From positions 1 to 64,000 of IMG/VR virus record IMGVR_UViG_3300049172_000080: a stretch of 64,000 nucleotides of DNA. One strand, 5' to 3'. Positions 57,591 through 64,000 of this stretch are shown here, piece by piece. Every line of letters starts with the position of its first letter. Within the stretch, counting starts at the first letter, position 1. Origin of the DNA: a virus. The position numbers and the translations under genes are program-made. Under the pieces are notes generated by a model. That model ran no database searches. It was not told the origin of the DNA and was given only the letters and a program-made list of their open reading frames with translations.

Positions 57591-60500
57591 ATGGCAGTCG
57601 CCTTCCGCTCCATCGGCACCCGGCTCAAGGTCGACATGACCTCCGCGCCGAACCCGCAGACCGTCACCATGCCGCCGGGCCACGCCTCCGGGGACCTGCT
57701 GCTGCTGTTCCTCGTCTACGACAACAACGTGGCCCCGACGACCGAGCCCGGAGGCTGGACGCTGCTCGGTACGGCCAGTGCGGGGCAGTCGCTCCCGGGC
57801 GCGACCGCGTCCCAGGTACAGACGCGCGTGTACTACCGCGTGGCCACCGGGGCCACTCCCGGCGCCTCATTCTCGTTCTCGAAAGCAGCGTGGCCCACGG
57901 GGAGCCCGTTCGTCCTCGCTTTCGCGGCCGCCTACAGCGGGGTAGACCCGGCGGGCCCGATAGAGAAGTGGGGTGCGACCGGGACGGCGAACACAGCCGC
58001 GACGCAGGCGCACCCGCAGCTCACCACCGTGGCCAGCGGGGACTGGCTGCTCACCTTCCGCTCGGGCTCCGCCTGGCAGGCCCGCACGGTGACCGCCTCG
58101 GGTGGCACGAACACCGAGCGGGTGGACGACGTCGACGGCTTCGGCGAGCTGTTCGCCGCGCTGTACGACTCCGGGGCCGATCTCACCCCGGGGACGCAGA
58201 CGCAGCGCTCCACCACCTCTGCCGGCGGGGACGCCATCTGCCAGGGCGGCTCCACCATGTGGTCGCTGGCGCTGAAGCCGGTCACGGCCGCCGCCGTCAC
58301 CGTTGCGCTGCCCGGCACCGCCACCGTGTCCGCCACGGCCTACAACCCCACCGTGGTCACCGCTCCAGGCGGGTGGGATCTGTGCGGCGCCGAGGGGTTG
58401 CCGTCGTACTCCTTCCGCGTGGACTGGAACGCGGACGGCTCGTTCACCGACTCGGACTCTGCCGGGGACGCGTACGCGGCCGACACCTTCGGCCGGACGG
58501 TGGCCAGCGGCTGGGGTACGGCAGACACCGGGCAGTCCTGGACCGTCAACGGCGGCTCGGCGTCCGACTACTCCGTGGGCTCCGGGGCCGGCCGGCACTC
58601 GTGCTCTTCGCGGTCCGTGTCGCGGTTCAGCTTCCTGCCGGGCGCCGCGCCAGGTGCGGACATGGACGTCTCCGTCACCGTGTCCACCGACCAAACGGCT
58701 GTCGGCGGCTCGTTCCTGGCGTTCCTGCTGGCCCGGTTCACCGACACGTCCAACGCGTACATGGCCCGCCTGGACTTCAAGGCGACTCAGGGCATGGCGC
58801 TCATCATCCGTAAGCGGGTCGCCGGGGTGGAGACGGAGCTGGCCACCTTCACGCTGCCGTTCCCGCACACGGCGTCCGCGCTGTACCGGCTCCGGCTGCG
58901 CACGCTGGGCCCGTACATCCATGCCAAGTGCTGGCCGGACGGGGAGACGGAGCCGGCCTGGCAGGTGGCGGCGGAGGACTCCGCGCTGACCTCCGGATCC
59001 GGCGCCGGGGTGCGCACGTTCGTCGAAGGGACCACCACCAACACGCTGCCCGTCGGCTACGCGTTCGACGACTTCCAGGTGCGCGAGACCCTGGACCTGG
59101 AGGACGTCACCGACGACATCATCAGCGACATCTCGGTGAGCTACGGCCGGGACCAGGACCGCCAGCTCAGCCCGGCCGCTGTCGGCTCGGCGTCGTTCAC
59201 CCTGAACAACATCAGCGAGCGGCACAGCCCGGAGAACGCGGCGGGCCCGCTGTACGGGGACCTGGACCCGGCGAGGGCGATGCGAGGGGAGGTGACGTTC
59301 AACGGGCAGACGCACGCGCTGTTCAACGGCCGCATCGACGACTACACGGTGCACGCCGACTTTGCCGACCGCACAGCGGAGTTCACGTTCCTGGACGGGC
59401 TGAACGACCTCTCCGGCATCAAGCTCTCCACCGGCGTGTACAGCGCGCTGCGCACCGGGGAGCTGATCAACACGATCCTGGACCTGGTCGGGTGGACGGC
59501 CGCACGGGACATCGACCCCGGCGCCACGGTGGTGCGCTACTGGTGGGCGGAGGGCGCGGACGCCTTCAGTGCCATCACCGACCTGGTGAAATCAGAGGGC
59601 CCGCCTGCGGTCGCCTACGTCGCCCCGGACGGCCGGTTCGTCTTCCGCGACAGGCATCACCGGCTACTGCGCACGCAGTCGCGCGAGATCCGGGCGACGT
59701 TCACCGGTGGCCGGCTCGGGGACTGTGCGGCGGGCGCACCGCCGTCGGGCTACGACTTCACCAAGCCGTTCGTCTACTCGCACGGCTGGCGCGACATCGT
59801 CAACGCCGTCACGTTCGATGTGGAGGAGCGGACACCGTCGGCGACGCTGGAGGCGGTGTGGACGGATGAGTCCACCTACACGTTGAGCGCGGGGCAGTCT
59901 CTGGAGCTGGAGGTAACGACCTCCGACCCGTTCGTCGACGCGGCTCCGATGGTGGGCGGCCAGGACATCATTTACAGCGCCCCGGGCGCGGCGTGGGTGG
60001 ACAGGGTGCTGAGCCGGACCTCAGGCGCCTCGGCCACGCTGACGCTGCGGGCCGTGGGCGGCCCGGCGACCATCACCTACATACAGCTTCGCGCCCGGCC
60101 GCTAGCGGTGAACCGCACGGTGAAAATATCGCTGACAGACCCGGGCTCGATCACGCGGCACGGTGAGCGGTCCTACCCCGACGGTGCGCCGTGGGCGGGC
60201 CCGGCAGACGCGGAGGCCATCGCGAATATGGTCCTGCTGCACTACGGCAGGCGCCGGCCCACCGTGCAGATCCGGGTGGCCAGTTCGGACCCGGCGCACC
60301 TCATGCAGGTACTCCAGCGCACCGTCAGCGACCGCATCCGCATCGTCAACGAGGAGATGGGGCTGGATGGGGACTTCTTCGTGGAGCGGGTGACGCACAC
60401 GATCCAGCGTCTCGGCCGGCCGGGCCGCGCCCCGGTGCACTCGGTGGTGCTCGGGTGCGAGCGGGACCTGGTGGCGCCTTCGAACGCGTTCACGTTCGAC

Positions 60501-60623
60501 GTGCGCGGCGCCGGGTTCGACCAAGGCGTATTCGACCTGACGGTGGCGGACAGCCCGGACGAGGTGTTCGTGTTCGACGACCCGGTGCAGGGTCGGCTCG
60601 ACTACGGCCGACTCGGGACCTGA
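57591..60623 (+). CDS. minor tail protein (distal tail/tip complex)
   Basis: 1010 aa directly after the tape measure; FRVDWNADGSF-type motif common in actinophage minor tail proteins. Confidence 0.7.
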   Translation: MAVAFRSIGTRLKVDMTSAPNPQTVTMPPGHASGDLLLLFLVYDNNVAPTTEPGGWTLLGTASAGQSLPGATASQVQTRVYYRVATGATPGASFSFSKAAWPTGSPFVLAFAAAYSGVDPAGPIEKWGATGTANTAATQAHPQLTTVASGDWLLTFRSGSAWQARTVTASGGTNTERVDDVDGFGELFAALYDSGADLTPGTQTQRSTTSAGGDAICQGGSTMWSLALKPVTAAAVTVALPGTATVSATAYNPTVVTAPGGWDLCGAEGLPSYSFRVDWNADGSFTDSDSAGDAYAADTFGRTVASGWGTADTGQSWTVNGGSASDYSVGSGAGRHSCSSRSVSRFSFLPGAAPGADMDVSVTVSTDQTAVGGSFLAFLLARFTDTSNAYMARLDFKATQGMALIIRKRVAGVETELATFTLPFPHTASALYRLRLRTLGPYIHAKCWPDGETEPAWQVAAEDSALTSGSGAGVRTFVEGTTTNTLPVGYAFDDFQVRETLDLEDVTDDIISDISVSYGRDQDRQLSPAAVGSASFTLNNISERHSPENAAGPLYGDLDPARAMRGEVTFNGQTHALFNGRIDDYTVHADFADRTAEFTFLDGLNDLSGIKLSTGVYSALRTGELINTILDLVGWTAARDIDPGATVVRYWWAEGADAFSAITDLVKSEGPPAVAYVAPDGRFVFRDRHHRLLRTQSREIRATFTGGRLGDCAAGAPPSGYDFTKPFVYSHGWRDIVNAVTFDVEERTPSATLEAVWTDESTYTLSAGQSLELEVTTSDPFVDAAPMVGGQDIIYSAPGAAWVDRVLSRTSGASATLTLRAVGGPATITYIQLRARPLAVNRTVKISLTDPGSITRHGERSYPDGAPWAGPADAEAIANMVLLHYGRRRPTVQIRVASSDPAHLMQVLQRTVSDRIRIVNEEMGLDGDFFVERVTHTIQRLGRPGRAPVHSVVLGCERDLVAPSNAFTFDVRGAGFDQGVFDLTVADSPDEVFVFDDPVQGRLDYGRLGT

Positions 60624-60634
60624 GGGAGGCAGCG

Positions 60635-61021
60635 ATGGGGATGGAAGTACCGCGTGAGCGGGCGCAGGTGGCCCGTGCGTACGTCTACAGCGGAGAGTGG
60701 GTGGCCGACTGCCCCCGGCCCGGCGCACAGCCGGGACAGGCGGGCTGCGGCAACGTCGAGTTCCTGTACCGGCCTGCTCGTATCGGCGGGCCCCGGGACG
60801 TGCCGGTCGACTTCTACCTGTGCTCGCACTGCGGCATGCAGGCGCCCATCGTCTGGCCCGACGACCGGCACGCACTCCTCGCCGTGCTGATGCGCCGCCC
60901 GGTGTCCGAGACGCGCAACTGGTACCCGGCCGATCACCCCGTGGCGATCCGGTTCCGCATCCCGCACGGGCAGAGCGTGCGCGATCTTGAGGACGAGAAC
61001 GAGGTCCACGGTGTGCGCTGA
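60635..61021 (+). CDS. small Cys-containing tail-region protein
   Basis: ATG 60635 after GGGAGG; 128 aa; CPRPG..CGN..CSHCG. Confidence 0.6.
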   Translation: MGMEVPRERAQVARAYVYSGEWVADCPRPGAQPGQAGCGNVEFLYRPARIGGPRDVPVDFYLCSHCGMQAPIVWPDDRHALLAVLMRRPVSETRNWYPADHPVAIRFRIPHGQSVRDLEDENEVHGVR

Positions 61022-61095
61022 CAGACCCCCAGAAACGTTAGGCCCGATAACGGTTAAGACCGAAAATCCGCAGGTGAGAGGTAAGAACAAGATCC

Positions 61096-61180
61096 GGTAC
61101 CGTCGGTACCCTCTTAGTCGGTTAACCGTGAAATTGACTCCCCCTATACGTAAACAGGAGCACACGGTACCGCCGGTACC
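61096..61180. repeat. 85-bp IR-flanked element, copy A (intergenic)
   Basis: GGTACCGTCGGTACC (61096-61110) and GGTACCGCCGGTACC (61166-61180) flank TAACCGTGAAATTGACTCCCCCTATACG; related to 12855-12941. Confidence 0.6.
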
Positions 61181-61225
61181 GAAACTGATTCGTTTCGTTA
61201 ACGTGGCTCGGGAGGTGGCCTGACG

Positions 61226-61768
61226 ATGGCCTGGAGCGCACCTATGACCGCTGTCGCCGGAGCGACCTTCACGGCGGCGGCCTTCAATCAGTTCGTCCGC
61301 GACAACCTGCTGGAGACCGCACCCGCCAAGGCGACCGCCGCGTCCCAGCTCTTCGTGTCCACGGGCCCGAACGCGATCACCACCCGCGTGCCGACGCAGG
61401 CCTCGGTCACCACCAACCAGTCGACGTCCTCGTCCACGTTCACGGACCTGGCTACCGTCGGCCCCCGGGTGACCGTGGAGACCGGCACCATCGCGTTCTG
61501 CTGGTTCGGGGCCAGCCAGGCCCACAGCGCCACCGACAACGAGACCGCGTGCAGTGTGGCCGTCTCCGGGGCGTCCACCGTGGCCGCGTCCAATGCCTGG
61601 CAGCACTCCACCGACGGCGTCACCGCCGGCAACTACGTGCGCGGCACCAGCTTCCACATCTTCACCGGCCTGACCCCCGGGGTGAACGTCTTCACCATGA
61701 AGTACCGGCTCGGGGTGTCGGGCACCGCCTCGTTCAAGGACCGCGAACTCGGCGTACTGCCGCTGTAA
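61226..61768 (+). CDS. minor tail/fibre protein (paralog 1)
   Basis: MAWSAPMTAVAGATFTAAAFNQFVRDNLLETAPAKA; paralogous to 61784..62320. Confidence 0.7.
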   Translation: MAWSAPMTAVAGATFTAAAFNQFVRDNLLETAPAKATAASQLFVSTGPNAITTRVPTQASVTTNQSTSSSTFTDLATVGPRVTVETGTIAFCWFGASQAHSATDNETACSVAVSGASTVAASNAWQHSTDGVTAGNYVRGTSFHIFTGLTPGVNVFTMKYRLGVSGTASFKDRELGVLPL

Positions 61769-61783
61769 GGAGGGAGACGAACC

Positions 61784-62320
61784 ATGGCCTGGAACGCCCC
61801 CATGACCGCCATCGCCGGCAGCGTCTTCACCGCCGCGCAGTTCAACCAGTTCATCCGCGACAACCTCGCCGAGACCGCGCCTGCCAAGGCCGTCACGCCC
61901 GGCGGGTACTTCGTCACCACGGCTACCAACCAGATCGCCGAGCGCATCGGCCAGGCAGCAACCCAGTTGGCCAACGACACCACGACCTCCACGTCCTACG
62001 GGGACCTGGACACCACGTCGGGACCATCCCTGACCGTGACCACCGGCAACTGCGCCCTCGTCATCATCTCCGCCTCGTTGAGCAACTCGGCGAACGTATC
62101 CGCGCGCATGGCGTACGAGGTGAGCGGGGCGTCGTCCCTCGCTGCTGCGGACAACCGGGGTATCGCCACCTTCGGAGTGGCCGGCGTGGGCATCGTCGCC
62201 TCGAACATGATTTTCCACAGCGATCTGACGGCGGGCTCCAACACGTTCGCCGCGAAGTACCGCGTGGCCGGCGGAACGGGTTCCTTCACGTCCCGCCGTA
62301 TCACCGTCCTGCCCTTCTAG
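61784..62320 (+). CDS. minor tail/fibre protein (paralog 2)
   Basis: MAWNAPMTAIAGSVFTAAQFNQFIRDNLAETAPAKA. Confidence 0.7.
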   Translation: MAWNAPMTAIAGSVFTAAQFNQFIRDNLAETAPAKAVTPGGYFVTTATNQIAERIGQAATQLANDTTTSTSYGDLDTTSGPSLTVTTGNCALVIISASLSNSANVSARMAYEVSGASSLAAADNRGIATFGVAGVGIVASNMIFHSDLTAGSNTFAAKYRVAGGTGSFTSRRITVLPF

Positions 62321-62328
62321 GAGGCCCC

Positions 62329-62808
62329 GTGCCCGCCGGATACGTCACCGTTAAGGTGTACTACGAGTACGACGCCGGTACCTGGTACGCCTCCGGCGAC
62401 CAGCCCGAGGCGCGTGCCCGGCCGCTGGCGGCCACCAACCGCGCAGCCGCCGAGACCGAGGCGACGACGGAACTCACTGCGCGCGGCCTGAGCCTCGTGG
62501 GCGCCTGGACCTATCAGGGCAACGACGAGGCGGGGTCCCGCGCCGTGTTCGCTCGCGCAGGCTCCAGCGACGCGGTGAAGTCCCTCCTCGCGCTGTTCTG
62601 GACCACCCACAAGGAGCTGCTGGCCAAGCTGGGCGTCAACGTCCCTGCACTGCCCGCCGCCCAGCGCGCCCTGCTCTTCAGCCAGGACGTCATGCTGGTC
62701 GGGCTGGTGCGGACCCTGGTGGACAGGGGCGACCTCACGGAGGACGACATCGCCGCCGCGTGCAGCTCTGTCCAGGCCGCAGACTTCTCCTGGCTGACGG
62801 GTCTGTGA
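62329..62808 (+). CDS. hypothetical protein
   Basis: GTG 62329 after AGGAGG; 159 aa. Confidence 0.6.
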   Translation: MPAGYVTVKVYYEYDAGTWYASGDQPEARARPLAATNRAAAETEATTELTARGLSLVGAWTYQGNDEAGSRAVFARAGSSDAVKSLLALFWTTHKELLAKLGVNVPALPAAQRALLFSQDVMLVGLVRTLVDRGDLTEDDIAAACSSVQAADFSWLTGL

Positions 62809-63128
62809 TGGACGGCTTCAGTGCGTTCCTCACCCCGACGCTGGGCGCCGGCGGAATCGTCCTACTCGTCGTGCTCATGGTCCTGCGGGGGACGCTGGTA
62901 CCCCGCTCCACCGTGGACATGATGCGCGAGGACAGCAACCGTCAGGTGGAGCTGTGGAAGGCCCTTGCCGAGGGCAGGCAAGGGCTCATCGAGATTCAGC
63001 AGGCGCAGCTCGACATGCTGATGGGCACCGCCGAGACCACTGAACGCGTGCTGAACGCCGTCTCCGAAGCGGCACGCGACAACCGGGGAGGTGGTGGCCG
63101 TGCCCTGGCTCAGTCGCCGCAGGAGTGA
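62808..63128 (+). CDS. membrane protein of the lysis region (one N-terminal TM plus a coiled coil)
   Basis: TGATG overlap; LGAGGIVLLVVLMVL TM segment; 106 aa. Confidence 0.6.
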   Translation: MDGFSAFLTPTLGAGGIVLLVVLMVLRGTLVPRSTVDMMREDSNRQVELWKALAEGRQGLIEIQQAQLDMLMGTAETTERVLNAVSEAARDNRGGGGRALAQSPQE

Positions 63129-63321
63129 GGCGGGCCGCGAACAGGCGGCCGAGGAGGTGCAGACCGTCCAGGAGGCGCTCCAGTCCCTCGAACAGGACAT
63201 CGCTCGGGCGCACGCTCGTACGGCGGTGATTTCGGAGATTTCGCGTACTCTGCGGCGGCTGGGCGAACGAAATCACTTTGCCCCGATGATCAAAGATGCG
63301 CTTGGGGGCAAGTTCAGATGA
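63091..63321 (+). CDS. hypothetical protein of the lysis region
   Basis: 76-aa ORF, GTG starts after GGAGGTGG; overlaps the previous gene. Confidence 0.45.
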   Translation: MVAVPWLSRRRSEAGREQAAEEVQTVQEALQSLEQDIARAHARTAVISEISRTLRRLGERNHFAPMIKDALGGKFR

Positions 63322-63638
63322 CGTCAGGGGAGATGGTGAACGTCTGGGGCAGCGCGATCGCTCTTGTCGGGTGCCTGTCCTTCGTCGCCGTCTACACCCT
63401 GCTCGCCCGATGGTGGCGGACGCTCGTCGGCCGGCTGCTCGTCATCAAGGCTCTGGCCATTGCGGCGTTCATGGCCATCTCCATCTGCGTCACCGCGTTC
63501 GGGGTCGACGCGGAGGCCCTGCGCACGCTGCGGGGCATCCTCGCCGCGCTGTTCGGAGTGCTGATGCTGTATCAGGCGTGGCTCGTAGGCCACACGCAGA
63601 TCAAGGGGGCCCGCCGTGGCGGCACCGATGAACCCTGA
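63318..63638 (+). CDS. holin-like membrane protein (3 TM)
   Basis: Three hydrophobic segments and a charged C-terminus; immediately upstream of the amidase. Confidence 0.6.
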   Translation: MTSGEMVNVWGSAIALVGCLSFVAVYTLLARWWRTLVGRLLVIKALAIAAFMAISICVTAFGVDAEALRTLRGILAALFGVLMLYQAWLVGHTQIKGARRGGTDEP

Positions 63639-64000
63639 CACCTTCATACGCATCTTCCGCGAGGAGGGCGTGCGGATCTCCGAGTACCCGGGCTGGCGCA
63701 CCCGGGAGCGCGACGACGAGACCGGCCTGGTCTTCGGCCCGGTGCGGATGATCCTCAACCACCACACCGCTGGGAGGAACTCCCGCGACATCGTCGCCCG
63801 GGACGGCGTACCCGGCCTGCCCCCGCCGCTCGCGCACATCCACCTCGCCAAGGACGGCGTCGCCACGATGTGCAGCGACGGCCGCGCGAACCACGCCGGG
63901 CCGATGGCCGTCAACGCCTACCAGAGTTTCCGCGACGAGCAGGCCGTCCACCCGGCTCCGTCCAAGGCCTCGGGCACCATCGACGGCAACGACGTCAGCT
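63628..64000 (+). CDS. N-acetylmuramoyl-L-alanine amidase endolysin (PGRP/amidase_2-like), truncated by the window end
   Basis: ILNHHTAG..RDIV..HLAKDG..DGRANHAG motifs; open to the window edge. Confidence 0.7.
   Translation, partial: MNPDTFIRIFREEGVRISEYPGWRTRERDDETGLVFGPVRMILNHHTAGRNSRDIVARDGVPGLPPPLAHIHLAKDGVATMCSDGRANHAGPMAVNAYQSFRDEQAVHPAPSKASGTIDGNDVS

Noticed and set aside
60987-61223. 78-aa ORF filling the AT-richer intergenic island
   Set aside because: It reads as basic, low-complexity sequence, has no SD and runs straight through the IR element. I treated the region as non-coding.

Overview
This 64-kb window looks like part of a high-GC, Streptomyces-type temperate siphovirus genome, either a free phage or the interior of a prophage. 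Every recognisable gene is phage-like, and I could identify no host flank or att site. All functional calls come from reading motifs by eye; no searches were run.

Organisation:
(i) 1-9612: mostly leftward early genes. These are a wHTH regulator, a rightward RuvC-like resolvase, an SSB-like protein, a tRNA-like element, a Cys-rich/PD-(D/E)XK exonuclease ORF, an acidic protein and an SF2 helicase.
(ii) 9841-17646: rightward early and replication genes, including one 1447-codon ORF that combines Toprim primase, D5/P4-type helicase and family-A polymerase.
(iii) 17769-22746: a six-gene, start/stop-overlapping operon (ParB-like, candidate aGPT-pyrophosphorylase, unknown, PLP enzyme, P-loop kinase, TET/JBP-like dioxygenase) predicted to hypermodify DNA bases.
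(iv) 22769-27439: accessory genes, namely HTH proteins, an NDP-sugar 4,6-dehydratase-like SDR and a secreted Rpf-NlpC/P60-LysM hydrolase.
(v) 27638-29893: the large terminase, interrupted by an intein that carries an HNH ORF in a different reading frame.
(vi) 29964-38000: further early-type cassettes, a DnaQ-like exonuclease, a leftward tyrosine-integrase module and a GntR/HutC regulator.
(vii) 38024-39545: a self-contained graspetide RiPP cassette (two-core precursor plus ATP-grasp ligase) bracketed by about 60-bp direct repeats.
(viii) 40495-64000: late genes. These are the portal, a 2H-phosphoesterase/MuF/protease fusion, two HK97-like capsid genes, a CE4-deacetylase fibre, connectors, a HIT protein, G/GT chaperones with a CCCGGGA -1 slip site, an 1125-aa tape measure with an SLT domain, tail/fibre genes, holin-like proteins and a truncated amidase endolysin.

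Non-coding architecture:
- 14 copies of an AT-rich 14-bp dyad (GRTTTAnnTAAAYC), confined to the first 38 kb. It embeds the -10 of a repeated TTGnnn-17-TGnTTTAAT promoter.
- A recurrent GACCAAGGAA leader.
- A family of GCCCCGGAG hairpin terminators.
- Two copies of an about 86-bp IR-flanked element.
- An 18-bp leader repeat.
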